Below, piece by piece: positions 26,902 through 42,143 of a DNA stretch of 64,000 nucleotides. A program made the translations under genes and the position numbers. How positions within the stretch are numbered: the first letter of the stretch is position 1; each line of letters starts with the position of its first letter. Where the stretch lies: contig CDMY01000340.1 in NCBI GenBank assembly GCA_001179505.1, positions 1-64,000 on the forward strand, given 5' to 3'. This stretch comes from Vitrella brassicaformis CCMP3155. Its lineage: Eukaryota > Protista > Chromerida. The notes beneath the pieces were generated by a model. That model did not search any database, had not been told where the DNA came from, and saw only the letters and a list, made by a program, of their open reading frames with translations.

Positions 26902-27290
26902 TGGTCAGATACGATGGGCCTATTCGCTCTTGTCTTGAGTTTTGCGGCTCGGCCGGTTGGTTGAGTGCATGACATGATGGACGGACGGGGTGGTTAGTGC
27001 GTGGCGTGCGTGACCCCCATACTCGAACAGACAAACCGTCGATTATCCGTGTGCATGTCCCAAAATGTCTCTCCCTCCCTCTCTCTCCCTCCGTCTCCGT
27101 CTCTGAATTCTGCTATACAACCGACCGCAGAAACGGTCCGTCAGCGATAGATGTGTACATCCATCAATCCATCAATCCATTTATCCATGGACACATTCAT
27201 CAGGGCAAATAGGGCGGCAGAAACTCGGCGGTTAACGTTGCTCAGGCAGCAGAAGGGCGTGTGCAGTGCCGTCTTGTGTGTGAGATCAAT

Positions 27291-30200
27291 CTAGGTGCTG
27301 GCCGACAGGGCCTCTCGTCTGAGAGCGCGCAACACCTGACACACACACAGAAAGACAGACAGAGAGGAAGGCACGTGCATGCGTGTCAAGACACAGGGCG
27401 GCTAAGACACACCTCGCTGGTCATCTCAACACTCGCGGAGCACACTCCCGAGGCAGATATCGTTCTGAGGGAGGGACACAACCAGCACCCACACCCACAC
27501 CACACCCACAGACGTGCAGAAGCGTCTCTCCCGTCCGTCTACACACCCACCGTGAGTTTAGTGTGGTGATCTTGGCAGCCATTTTGGCACGCTCCTCGCG
27601 GCGAGCACCCTTCATCCAGGACACACACATTAACACACTCGTCCGTCATCTGTGTCGATCACTGCACCCCCGGATGTCTGTGTACCGCATCAGCTATGAC
27701 GGACTGTGCGATTTTGTGGAGCTCGTCCTTCATGCTGTCGGTGGAGTAGCGCAGGCTGCAGGACGCACCCGCCGCAGCCGCACTGGCCAGCTGCAGGTTG
27801 CGAGACGCGCGAGAGGTGGCCGCCAGACACAAGTCCTGGCGTCACAGCACAGCACAGCACACAGACAGAGAGAGAGATAGGTGCANNNNNNNNNNNNNNN
27901 NNNNNNNNNNNNNNNNNNNNNNNNNNNNNNNNNNNNNNNNNNNNNNNNNNNNNNNNNNNNNNNNNNNNNNNNNNNNNNNNNNNNNNNNNNNNNNNNNNNN
28001 NNNNNNNNNNNNNNNNNNNNNNNNNNNNNNNNNNNNNNNNNNNNNNNNNNNNNNNNNNNNNNNNNNNNNNNNNNNNNNNNNNNNNNNNNNNNNNNNNNNN
28101 NNNNNNNNNNNNNNNNNNNNNNNNNNNNNNNNNNNNNNNNNNNNNNNNNNNNNNNNNNNNNNNNNNNNNNNNNNNNNNNNNNNNNATCTACCGAGTGGGG
28201 TGGGTGGGTGGGCGAGTGGGAGGGAGGGAGGGAGGGAGGGAAGAGGGTGGGTGATGGGTACCCACCTCGATTTGGCCGCACGCCTGCTCGACCATGTCCA
28301 TCATAGCCCTGCCGTCAAACTCACCCGAATCAACTGCCATCATGTGTAGCGGCACAACAAACCGACACACACACAGACAAACACACAGCATGCAGCGGGG
28401 CGGTGCTGGGCCGCCTCTTCCCTCCCTCCCTCCCTCTTTCCCTCACCCACCGACCCACCCACTCACTCACCGGTGTCCGTCAGATCCTTCAAGGCCATGC
28501 TCCAGGTCAGCCTCTGACGCTCAGCTATCACCTGCACACAACACACGCATCCACCCATCCATCCATCCCCTCCATGCCCTGTCTGTATCTGCCTCGGTCC
28601 GCACGCACACACCTCCTCGTCTGCCTGGTAGAGGAAATCGACACTTCCAAAGGGACTGGCGTCGCGCACCCTCTTGACCGTCAGCATGGCGCGGGGGATG
28701 TGGCAGGTGCACTTGCCCACGAGGTCCTCGTACGCCGCCTTGGCGTACAGGATCGCCGAACGCTGATCGGAGCTGAAGTTTTTCTCCTGTCAAGAACACG
28801 ACACGGAGAGGGAGGGGGAGAGGGGTGCATTGGAGGGGGAAGGATTGTGTGGGTGGGGGTACCGGAATGCTCAGTTCGATCAGGACAGATTTCTCCTCAT
28901 CTTCGAGCAGGTCCGGTATGGTGACAGTGGCCCTCTTGCCCTCCTCTAAGATGCTTTTGGGGTAGTCGCCCTCAATGGACTTTATCACGGTCCCGTCCGT
29001 GGCGCTCGCCTGCACACCGAGACACACACACACTTGGGGTGGATGGGCATGGGTATGTATCGGGGTGGTATGGTGGTACGGTACGGCACTTTGAGGCTGA
29101 TTTCGATGTTTTTGGCCCTCACGGCCTTGACGGCCCCGATGGCACCTGCAAACGCCTGACGCATCTGATCCGGACCCTGCACACAGCACAACACAACACA
29201 ACACAACACACACAACATGGATCCCTGGCTGTGTAGGTGAGCTGAGCTGCGTGCAGTCAGTCATGTGACCAGACCTCTACGTATGTGAAGGGGGTGTGCG
29301 ATTTCTCGGCAAACAGCTGCAGGATGGGGGCATTATGGTCGGTGCCGAAACCTGATACATTAATGAGATGAGCAGCGATCGATGAGAAGCAGTGATGATG
29401 TGTGTGTGCAGACATACAGACAGGCAGACATACATACCGAAGGGGAATATGGTGCAGTCGTTCTCACTGGCCCGCTTGGAGAGACCATACACGTCGCGCC
29501 GGGTGGTGTTGTCCTGTAGGTGGGTGTGTGGGTGGGCACAGACACAGACACAGACACAGACGAGATCATGCGGCCAGGAGCACATTGGCAGTGAGTGCGG
29601 ACCTGTCCGTCGGTCAGGAGAAAGGCACTTGTCACTGGGTTCTTCCACTCGCGATGCAGCAACAACTCAAGAGCCTCCTGCATCCACATCCATCCATCCA
29701 ACAGCCAAAAATCTAGAAGACTGTCTTGTGTGCTTGGATCAATCACTGGCTCCACCTCCACCCCCTTCACGATGTTCGTCCCGCTCTTGGACTCGGTCGC
29801 CATCACTGCACGCCATCCATCCATCCATCCAAGCCACCCATGGCCATGCACTCGTCCGCACCCACCCACCCACCTACCCACCTTTGTGTGAGGCCTCCTC
29901 CTTGCCACCACTTTGGGCATCCATGGACACGAAGGGGATCACCACCGAGGCGCTCTTGTTGAACGATACGATAGCCAGACTGCACCCACCAGACACAGAG
30001 AAAAGAAGAAGCAGAATGAGGGTATGACCTCACTCACTCACACAGACACACAGACACACAGACACACAGACACACAGACACACAGACACTTCCCACATAT
30101 ATCTGCAGACTGACTGACCGGTCTCCGGTGCCAAGTTCGCTGATGCAGAAATCCACCGCCCGCTTAGCTGAGTCGAGTCTGCGGCCCGCCATGCTCTTGG

Positions 30201-30630
30201 AGCAGTCGATGATGGCCACCACATCCGCCCCGACCTCACCCTTGGCCGCACCACCCGCACCCCCGCTACTAGTGTGTTTGGCCTTGAGCAGAGCGTAGAT
30301 GGTCTTGTAGTTCTGGCTGGCCTCGATGGTCCTGTACTCGAGCTGAAGCGACAGGCTCACCGGGCCTACAACACACACACACACGCACACACACGCACAC
30401 ACACATGCGGGGATGGATGGATGGATGTGTGCGCCGAACCACCAAGAGGGAAGATAGTCTATATATTGTGTGCGTTGAGTGCGCTGACCTTCATGGTTCT
30501 TCATCTGTCGACTACTGGTGGCGTCTTTCGAGTCCTGAGTGGCGTCAGAAGGCACTCTAGTGGTGGCTCGAGTGCTGGCATTGGATGCGATTCGCCTCTC
30601 GCTCGCGGGGAGGCTAACGGGAGTGGCCAT
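27291..30630 (-). CDS. von Willebrand factor A (VWA) domain protein; spans an assembly gap
   Basis: MIDAS elements VVAIIDCSKSM (DxSxS), SGTNI and FLLTDGQ, then TIFPFG|FGTDHNA and VTIPDLLEDEEKSVL. C-terminal exons continue left of the gap to TAG at 27291. The start could lie further upstream. Confidence 0.85.
27886..28185. other. Assembly gap (300 N)
   Basis: Run of N within an intron region of the VWA gene. Confidence 1.
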
Positions 30631-31165
30631 AGGGCTCAGACTAACCTGCAGGCCACACAGCACCACATCACAGCACATGCTTACCCACCTCCCTGCCCCT
30701 CTTCTCTGCCATGGAGCATCCCATCCCGCGATCACCTGTCCTGCCTGAGCCAGCCATGACCCTCCATGCAGTTCAGAAGAGGTCACAGGAGGCTCTCACC
30801 TTTATGCAGGTGGCGTGTGAGTGGAGCGTTGCAATAAATGATGGAGAAGCTATGATGACGGAAGGAAAGGGGTCTACCCCAGACTCGGAGGGCCTGGCAT
30901 TCCCAGGGCCCGTTACCGTAACCAACCAACCCGTGAGCGCGGTCGAACGATGGGTTACAGGAGGGTCTGTGAGAAGTGGGTTTGGGTTATGGTGAAGAGG
31001 ATCTGCCGGGCGGTCAGTCCCGGATAAAGGATTAAGTCAATGCAACGGAGGATTAAGTCCATGTAAACATGTAGTAGGCGTCTGTCCTTGACCTGTTCGT
31101 GGAACGGACCAACGAAAGATTCAACAGCGGTCCTGTCTCACAGATCAGTAGATCGTCGGTCTATG

Positions 31166-31185
31166 AACCCTAGACCCTAAACCCT
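31166..31185. promoter_or_regulatory. Telo-box-like motif (AACCCTAGACCCTAAACCCT)
   Basis: Degenerate CCCTAAA repeats 46 bp upstream of the ATG at 31232. Confidence 0.5.
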
Positions 31186-31231
31186 GGACCGACTTGCACT
31201 TTCTCAACCGTCTTGCCAAGAATCTGAGATC

Positions 31232-34231
31232 ATGGGTGAAAGGGCCTTCGACATCGTCGTGTTCGGCGCGAGTGGCTTCACAGGTAGGCTCATACATCAA
31301 TGGCAGACAGTGCTGAGTAGATGGAGCTCAGCAAGGGGGATCGCATGATGACCAATACACTTGATCTCCGAGCGCTGGCAGCTCGCTGCAGCCGCAGCTT
31401 GAGCTGGCCGGCCGCTCTGAGAGACAAAAGGCGAATCTGAGATCTGCCCTGCCTGATGATCGCGTGTGCCATCTTGTGCTGTGCTGTGGTGCATGAAGAT
31501 CTCTGGTGCGATGCATGTCATTGAGTGCGTGCTCTGTGTGTGTCCGTGTTGTGCAGGTGAGTATGTTGTGTCGGCGCTCAAGGATGGCGCTGCAAAGGAG
31601 GCCAGACCCATCAAATGGTATGTATGTATGCTGAGATCGATCACTTGTATGTGGGTCGGTCTGCATGGAGCGTGTGTGTTATCCTGTGTGTTCTACTTGG
31701 CTCAGGGCGGTGGCGGGTCGGTCGGCAGACAAGCTGAAAGGTGGGCATCCCCCATAGGAAGAGGCATGGCACTTCCAGCACGAGTGGGTGTATGGCTGAC
31801 GGATGGCTTTCTTTCTTCCCTGTGCTCACACGTGTGTGCTCAGGTGTGTTGGAGCGTGTGGGTGCTGCCGACATCCCCACGGTCATTGCCGATGTCAGCG
31901 ATGAAGGTAAGTCAGACACCCGCCAACCACAAGGGAGGCCTCCATGGTGCGGGTGCATGTATGTGTCGGCGACCGACTGCATGTCTGTCTGCCTGCCTGG
32001 GTGCAGGCTCGATGAAGGCCATGTGTGAACGGACTAAGGTCCTGCTCAACTGTGTCGGCCCGGTGAGTGAGTGAGTAAGTGAGTGAGGGGGGGTGAACCG
32101 TAGTATCGATTCCATCCTTCATGCATGTCTTGTCTTGTTTAAGTTTCGTTACCACGGCGAGGCGGTGGTCAAGGCTTGTGTCCAGTGCGCCACACACTAC
32201 CTCGACATATGCGGTCAGTCAGTCACTGAGTATGTGCTGGCTCATTCACTCTGTCCGGACGTCTGTCTGTTTTGTCACGTGCTGTGCTGTGCTTGTCGTG
32301 CAGGCGAACCGGAGGTAGGCAGGGCAGGGCAGGCTAGGCTGCTCGCCTCGCGCCTCTCCACTCACATTTTCTTCATCCATCCATCAGCCTTGCCTTGACT
32401 GATTCCGTGCCGTTCTTGACGGTCACGTGTGTATGGTGTGTTGTGTACACGTCATGCAGTTTTTGGAGAGGATGGAGCTCAAGTACCACCAGCAGGCGCT
32501 AGGGAACGGATGCCTCATCGTCGGATCCTGCGGATTCGACAGCGTGCCGGCAGACATCGGTTCGCAGGTGGCGCGAGAGCAATTCAAGTCGCCAGCGGTG
32601 CCCTACAAGGTCGAGACCTTCCTGCAGCTCACCATGGGAGAGGCCGGTGAGTGAGTGAGGCCGAGCCAGCCATTTGACGTACGTGTTGCATGTCTGGCCT
32701 TCCGGCTGCTTTGGTTTGGTTTTGGTTTGGTTTGGTTTGGTGTGTCAGGCGGGAGCATTCACTACACAACCTACCAGTGTGCTGTGGAGGGATTCGGCAG
32801 CGCTGCAGATCTCTCCAATATCAGGAAAGAGGTGACTGACAGGGTGACTGACAGAGGGGGACAGACACAGGCAGAGAGGAGCATCTGTGTGTGTCTGTGT
32901 GTCTGTGTGTGTGGTGTGGTGTGCGGTGTGTGTGCAGCTGGCGCCGAGCAAGCCCAAAGTGACGAAGCTGGGTGCTAAGCCGAAGCTTGAGAAGGGGCCG
33001 TTCAGCGACAAGAGGATGCCGGGCATGAGTGGGTTCCTCTTCCCGGGAGCTGACGCATCCGTGGTGAGTCAGCCGGGTCAGACGATGGATGGATGGATGC
33101 ATGGATGAATGGATGGATGGATGGAGAGACATACGCACCTTCCTGCGTGTGTGACTGTGTGGTTGTGTTAAGATAAAGCGTTCTCAGGAGTCGTTCACCG
33201 CTGCTGACCCCAGCTATGTGTCGTTTCATCCCGCATGCTACATACTGGTCGGTGCGGTGACCGATCGTCCATCACATCGACCGACCACCCACTCACTCAC
33301 TCACCTCACCTACTCATGTCTCTCTGTGTCCTCCATGCAGCTCCCCGACGGCAAGGCCAAATACTTGATGGTGAGCGACACATGGCCTGCCTATGTGTGA
33401 TGCTATCGCATAGCATATGGTGGGTCTCTGTCTGTGTGTCGGCCAGATGCTGTTTGGGGGCATGTTCTCTTTCCTCGCCAAGTACTCCCTCGGCCGGCAG
33501 CTGCTGCTGGCCGCTCCAGGAATCTTCACATACGGCATGTTCACACACTCAGGTCGGGGACCGGACCCACTCACCCCGACAGACAGGCAGAGACAGACAG
33601 ACGCATTGCATCGTGAATGAATGAACGCATGATGCTGTCTGTGCTCGTATAGGTCCGACGAAGGAGCAGGTGGCTCAGGGCGGCTTTGAGATGACCATCT
33701 TCGCATCGGGGTACATCACACGCAGCCATACGCAGCAATGGATGGATGGCCGCATTGATCTGTGCGTGTGCGTGTGCGTGTAGTTTCTCGAGCACTCCCA
33801 CGGACAAGGATGCCAAGTCAGACCTGGACGTGACGGTCAAACTCAAGGGGCCAGGTAGGTCGGCCAATCCCAGCAGTGAGTATCCCATCACCATGCGCCC
33901 CTGCCGGACTTATCTCCCGCACCGCCCCTGTGCAGAGATTGGCTACGCCTTCACGAGCATGTCCATCGCCCAGCTGGGCCTTTGTCTACTGGAGGAAAGG
34001 GTACGCAGCCAGCCAGCCAGCCAGCCAGCCAGGCAGCCAGGCAGCCTTCATTCCTTTCCGTGTCTGTGTCTGTCTTTTGTGGCATCCATCACTCAGGACA
34101 AGATGCCCGCTGGCGGAGTGCTCACGCCCGCCTTTGCCTTCGACAAGACCAAGGCAGTCGACCGGCTGAAAGCCAATGGGCTCAACGTGACCATCGAGTC
34201 GGGCGCCAGCACAGCCACAACTGCACGCTGA
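31232..34231 (+). CDS. SCCPDH: Saccharopine dehydrogenase-like oxidoreductase (SCCPDH family)
   Basis: FDIVVFGASGFTG Rossmann motif, VLLNCVGP, FRYHGEAVVKAC, HYLDICGE, IVGSCGFDSVPADIG, GPTKEQ, IGYAFT and GGVLTPAFAF. About 14 exons. Confidence 0.9.
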
Positions 34232-34567
34232 ACAGCAACTGGATGAGCGGGTGGGCGCATGTGGCTGCTGCATCATGGTCGTATTGCATGTCGTCAAGGC
34301 CCTCTGTGAGGACAGATCCTCCGGCCGTCTGCCTTTTCTAGATGCGTGTCAGTCATGTGTGGTGTGAGAGCTGTCGACTTTTTTCTGGCTAGGTCTTCGT
34401 GCGTGCGTGGGTGGGCGAGGGGTGAGATCGCGATCAACGACATTGATGCAACCAACTGGAATAGTGCACGTGTGTACTATACCATCCGTCCACTCACTCA
34501 CATGGCAGTCAGTATGTAACACAGCCTTGTGCAGTGGGTGCACCAGAACACCCACAGAACGGGTCAG

Positions 34568-35960
34568 TCAGTATCTAGAAAAGACACAGGAGGCTGCCCC
34601 TGCCCCTGCCCCCCCTCGCCAGCTGGCTAACTTCGAGCGTCGCCCTTGCCCTCCTTGTCCTTTTCCTTTTCCTTCTGCTTTTCTTCTCGTCTCTTCTGCA
34701 ATTGAGACCTGACACACCCACACCCACAACAAAGCAAGGAATGGATCAGGCACATGATCCCGTTTTGCGTGCACGCGTGTGTGTGTGCTGTTCACCTAAG
34801 GCCCTCGCGTGTCTGTTTTTTCTTGTCCACCAGCTGGGACCTCTTGCTGCACACACAAGACAACAAAAAGGAGGCCTCCATGGCATGGCATGGCATGTAT
34901 GGTGTGGGTAGGGTGGCTGGCTGACTGACTGGGTGGGTTACTACCTCTCGACGTCTCTGTGGAGGTCGTTGGTGAACTCCCTGCCCGCCTCGTCCAGCAG
35001 GGGGCAATCGAACATCTGCCTCACCGCACCTTGCATACAGACAGCCACACACACAACAGGGACGTTGGCACGGTCGATGTAGTGCCATGCCATCGATGCT
35101 CGCTCACCGCTCGGAAGGGGATTAGGTGCATCGTCAGCTGCCGTAGCGCTGGACGACTGTCCCTCCAGTGACCTCTGGGCCCCCCTCTCCCACCGCAGCC
35201 TCTGACGTTCGAGCTTCATGCTCTCTGACATCATCGTGCCCCTGATTGAGGTGATTCCACAAAGACACACACACACACACAGAACAGCCGTCGTCAGTCT
35301 GTCATTCTTGCTTGTGCGGAGGTGTGATGTCTGTTGTCAGCTCACCCCTCAATCTGCTGCTCCATCTTCTTGGCGTCTTCGGCGTACTTCTCGTAGAGTT
35401 TCTGGTCGAAGTCGACCAAGGCGCTGACGCCCATCATGTCCTTGCCATTAGCCTCACCTCTCACTGCGCGCACAGAACACAGCACAACAAACGTCGCCAC
35501 AGACACGTTGCGTTGTGTTTGTGTTGGCTGATGTACTCACTGATACTTTCGTATATGAGTGCCTTCTCCTCGAGCTTCCTCCTGCTGTTGGTGAAGTTCC
35601 TGGCTGTCCGCTCCTGCTCCTTCTTGTCCTTAGCCTCGCGCGCCGCCACACCCTCGTTCTTCTCGTCCAACAGCAACTCCTCCCGAGTCCGAAACTGACG
35701 ATACACATGTGTCATCACCATCATCACCACACACAGTGATACGTACAGCTTCGTTGCTTGTGCGCAAACCGTGTCTCTGTTCTCCGTACCTTTTTCGTTG
35801 GTTTGGTCTGCGTTGACCCTGTTTCCAGCTGGCGCTTCTTGGCAGCTGACTCCTTCTCGTACACAGCAGCCCGCAGGGCGCCCAGGGACGCTGAGGATAC
35901 GTCGATGGGCTTGGCCGGCTTGGGGATGAGCGCAGACTCGGACAACCACCCCAGCGACAT
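34568..35960 (-). CDS. CCDC174-like (DUF4078-type) nuclear coiled-coil protein
   Basis: MSLGWLSESALIPKPAKPIDVSSASLGALRAAVYEK and RRKLEEKALIYESI resemble the plant/animal CCDC174 family as I recall it. Multi-exon; 3' end approximate. Confidence 0.6.
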
Positions 35961-36096
35961 GATCGGTGCCCTGAACGAACGGCAATCAAACTCTGTCAAG
36001 AGGAAGAGCCTATCACGGAAGCTCCCACAGCACCGATTTGAGGAAGCACCCTAGCTCGAAGCATGCGAGCTTGAAGCCCGAAAGCCGCCAGTGGAC

Positions 36097-36708
36097 ATGT
36101 TGTCGCTGTGGACATACTGGTTGAACTGTGTGCTGCTGTCATGCATTTTCGGCGAGCTCCAAGGAAGATCTCTTCGCAGCCCCGAGATCCAAGGAAGATC
36201 TGCTCGGAGTTCTCATCGCCTCAGCTTCCTTGACCGCACAAGAAAGCGCCCCTTCCGTCGCCACTTTCGTGTCCGCTTCGATGAGTGCGACCTCGGCGGT
36301 ATCGTCTATCATCCGAACCATCTCCGCTACTGCTTCGACACTCTCGATGCGGCGTTCGAGCAGCGGATCAAGGAGGGTGTGCTGGAGGGGCTTGGCTGGG
36401 ATCCCCTGATGAAAAAGACCACGGTGGTGTGGCACCGGCCCCTCAAGCATCGCGACCGCTTCATTGTCGAGGGCATGGTGACACGGTGGGGCAACAGCTC
36501 GTTTGACGTGGGCTTCGTAGGCCTGGCGTCACGGGGAGGGGCGCCCGTGTTCGAGGCACGGCACACGTTTGTTGGACTGAACAGGACGACGGGGCGGCCT
36601 GCGAGGGTGCCGTCGGTGGTCAGGGCTGCCCTTGGCGATGCGATGGACTACTCCAAGTTTGTGCAGGGGCGAACCAGGAGACGAAAAATGCTGTCGTGGT
36701 TCTCGTAG
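36097..36708 (+). CDS. Hot-dog-fold acyl-CoA thioesterase (YbgC/4HBT-like), intronless, with N-terminal extension
   Basis: FRVRFDECDLGGIVYHPNHLRY...WHRPLKHRD...VTRWGNSSF...EARHTFV...RVPS fits the 4HBT/YbgC family. Confidence 0.85.
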   Translation: MLSLWTYWLNCVLLSCIFGELQGRSLRSPEIQGRSARSSHRLSFLDRTRKRPFRRHFRVRFDECDLGGIVYHPNHLRYCFDTLDAAFEQRIKEGVLEGLGWDPLMKKTTVVWHRPLKHRDRFIVEGMVTRWGNSSFDVGFVGLASRGGAPVFEARHTFVGLNRTTGRPARVPSVVRAALGDAMDYSKFVQGRTRRRKMLSWFS

Positions 36709-37032
36709 GCCTAGGCAGTGGGTGCAAGTAGCTAGCTGGCCGTGGGCAAGACAGACAGACAGACAGACATTTGTTGTGATTGATGGATGCATTTAGCTCA
36801 CTAACAGTACTGTGTGTGCATAGTGATCGACACGGCAAGACACGGAATGTGTGCCAATGACAGACAGACAGACAGACATACACAGTCAATGTATGCATGT
36901 ATATATGTACTCGAGCGATCGATCGTCAGACAATGAAATCACCGCAGCCGTCTTGCTTCTTTGGCGAGACGAAACAACGACGTATCCACGCAAACAGAAA
37001 GGAGAGCTCCGATTGACTGGCTGTCGACTGTC

Positions 37033-37510
37033 ATGGCGCGATATCGATTGAGCCTCGCTGTGTTCGCCTTTTTGGTGCTGGCTGTGCTCGACGAATCACT
37101 CGCCATCTCTGTGCAGCCTGCAGCTGCCTCTTCCGACAACACAGTCAGCCAAGCACACAGAAGAGCAAGGAAGAGACGAGCACTCATCAATTGCCTGTCT
37201 GTTTCATTGTTTGCTTGTTCGTTCGTTTGTGTCGGATGCATTGCAGGACTGTCTGTTTTACCCCCAGAGCAAGGTCGATCCTCATGTACCCCCACTCGAT
37301 GGTGCCATCAAGCCAGCGATCTCGGATGCGGACACGCACCACGTCAGTTGATCAAAGGAGCACACAGGCACGCGCAGTCGTCTGTGATGTGGCTCCTGTG
37401 TTTAGGAATTGACGCCTGCGGAAGAAGCATCAAGTGAGGAGCCCATCATGAGCGAGTCGCAAGACGAGACAAAGGGGGCAGAAAACCGCGAGGCCCTGTC
37501 GGCAAAGTAA
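37033..37510 (+). CDS. Small putative secreted protein
   Basis: MARYRLSLAVFAFLVLAVLDESLA is signal-peptide-like. GT-AG-bounded exons lead to an acidic tail (ELTPAEEASSEEPIMSESQDETK...ALSAK*). Confidence 0.4.
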
Positions 37511-38290
37511 ATTGAAGAGACACTGGCAAAAGAAATCGTGCCTTTAGACACATCCAGCTCTCTCTGCGTTCTGTGTGTGTGTGTGCGCGTGGTGAAGGAA
37601 TCATGCGATGCTGCGGAAGGCGATCGAGAGTGAGGCGAAGTGAGGAGGAGCAAGAGACAAGACAGGCACAGAAACACACACGCTACATGCTCATCCTACA
37701 GTGTGTGTGAGTGAATGAATGAGAGAATGAGCGCTGACAATGAATGACATCCGTTCCTGACATAATGGAATGCACCCCACGAGTGTGGAAGTATCGACCA
37801 ATCGCATAAATCATTCATTCATTCATTTGCGTCTCCTATGAACGCATGAAGGAAGTGGCTATCCGTAGAAAGCACTGGGGTGTGGCCTACGAAAACTGCC
37901 TCCCCCGTTCGCTCAGTCGTCGCTGTCTGACTTGCGGTCAATCACTCTTCACTATTTCCTACTCGCTATTTTCACCTAAAACAGCCGTCGGGCGTGCAGA
38001 CGCGTGTACCACAGTCACATCCATCAGCATGCATGCACACGCCCGATGGATAGACACAGCATGACTGTCCTTATCGACACAGATGAAGCATATCGACACA
38101 CACGCACCCACACATTCACTCGTCCGGCACACGCACATACATATAATGGGATGACCACGTATCCCATTCATTCACTTGCTCTGCCCCACCAGTGCACCAC
38201 GCAGCACAGAGCCCCTCGTCGGCCGATATGTGAATGCTCCCGAGCCCAACTCCACTCTCACGACACCCATCTCGTTCATCATCATCATCA

Positions 38291-39390
38291 TCACGGCCCT
38301 GTTCCGCAGCGCCGGCATCGCCCGCCCGGTTCGTGCGTCACGCACTGCTCCTGTGTGCTGTACCAGGGGCCTGTTGACGCGATGTAGATGTCGATAGGCA
38401 GCCGACACTGGACATCCATTGGGGCGGCGATGAGCTGCTGCATCATCCCTCTGGTGACATAGAAGGCACACGTTCCGTGGGCGTAGATGCACGTGGGCTG
38501 AGACACAGGTGAGGCCCGCCATAGAGAGTAGAATGGCCGCCGATCTTGCGCCGCTTGATATGCCTCCTTCCGAAAGGATTCAGCGTCAGCGAGCTCCACA
38601 TCTGCAGACACACGGAGGCATTGCAAGTGAATGAGGGATCTTCATGGTGCCTCGTGTGCAGCGGCATATGAGTACCGTCTTCGATGAAGATGAACCCTGG
38701 ATCAGAGTAGTTGGCCAGCACCCTCCTGAACACCGACTGATAGGTGTAAAATAGGCGGTTGCCGAAGGTGATAGTCCGGCACTTGCTCCGCCGATTGTAC
38801 TCAAGGCTTGGCGCTGTGGTATTGATTATCGTCATATCAAAGCGGGACGCCCATGAGGGACGGGAACGAATGCGTCTCGCGTCGTCTTCTGGACGGGCCG
38901 ATATTATGAACACCCGCGGCATAGCGCACGATGCTGACATGGCGGAGCTGCTCGCAGGGCACTGCATGGCATAGAAAGGCATCAGCATGTGCGCCTTGAT
39001 GAAGTCCAGTGGACTGTGCCGCTCGTTGATTTGGGCCCGCCGATGCATAAGGAATGCAGAAAGAGCCAGCACGCCGGTGCAGAGGCACAGCCACCACGTC
39101 AGCCACCGCAATGTTTGGACATGGCAAGTCGATGCGAAGAATGTAGAACCCCAAATGTGTTTGATGCCGAGGAGATGCAGCTGCAGCTGAACAGGCGGCG
39201 TCCAATGAGAGCTTAACTCGCGAGAGGAATAGGGACGCCGCTTGTCTTTATAGAGGCGGCAAGGCTGCTCTTCCACCGGTACATCCAGCGTCACCTGCGA
39301 CATACATCCTCACGCGCAACACATGAAATGGAGCTAATCGGTGTGTGCGATGTCACTCACCGTGTCTGAAGTCGGCTCCCGAGCGTCCAT
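38291..39390 (-). CDS. Type II membrane glycosyltransferase, GT25-like
   Basis: A single TM (WLTWWLCLCTGVLALSAFLM) is followed by VFIIS, FIFIED|DVEL (EDD motif), HGTCAFYVT and LPIDIYI, the motif order of GT25-like enzymes. Confidence 0.55.
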
Positions 39391-39709
39391 CTTCACATGA
39401 ACACAACACAAACACACACACGAGGCAACTTTGAAGGTACAACGGTTTCCGTTTCCGAGGTGCTTTTGCCTCACCCAGTCAGTGGCGGGAGTGTGTCCGC
39501 ACAATGGCACGAGGTGAGGAGAGCTGTCACCATTGGCAGATTCCTGACAGGAGAGTTGCGGAGGCCGCTTCGACATCTGACAGCGACGAGGTGATCGTTG
39601 GACAAGGCCAGATCTGGAAGAGGGGGGAGGGGAGGAAGAGGAGGAAGAGGGGGGAGGGGAGGAAGAGGAGGAGGAGGAGGAGGAAAGACGAGGCGAGATC
39701 TGCCTCAGG

Positions 39710-39737
39710 AAACCCTACACCCTACACCCTAAACCCT
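39710..39737. promoter_or_regulatory. Telomere-like degenerate array (AAACCCTACACCCTACACCCTAAACCCT) next to a polypurine tract
   Basis: Directly visible, upstream of the minus-strand GT25-like gene. The polypurine GGA/GAG tract lies at about 39616-39687. Confidence 0.5.
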
Positions 39738-40015
39738 GTGGTTGCATGAAGATGCCGCGACAGCCTGCCTGCATGCCAACGAAGCACCCTTCTTCACTTA
39801 CTAAGCTCTTTCCGACGTGTTTGGATTGTATGCAGAGTGTGTGTGTGACATTCGCCAGGATGGATGTAGGTAAATAGAATATCGCAGGTCCCGCCACGCA
39901 GCGCACACGAAAAATCCCCTTCCCTCCCCTGCACCTTCCTCCCTCCCTCCCTCCCTCCCTCTCGGTGGGTGACGTGCACTGTGTGTCGGTCGGTCGGTCG
40001 TTGTCTGCCTGTTGC

Positions 40016-42058
<2,043 letters not shown>

Positions 42059-42143
42059 GTGTTTGGAAAGAAGGCGAGCTTGGAAAGAGGAAGGGGGCAA
42101 GGCGTGAAACCGCTCTCTCACGACTGCGTGTATCCTGCCCAGC

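Noticed and set aside
30800-31160. Short AGGATTAAGTC duplication in the VWA/SCCPDH spacer as a transposon remnant
   Set aside because: It is only an 11-bp repeat, with no terminal repeats or TSD found.
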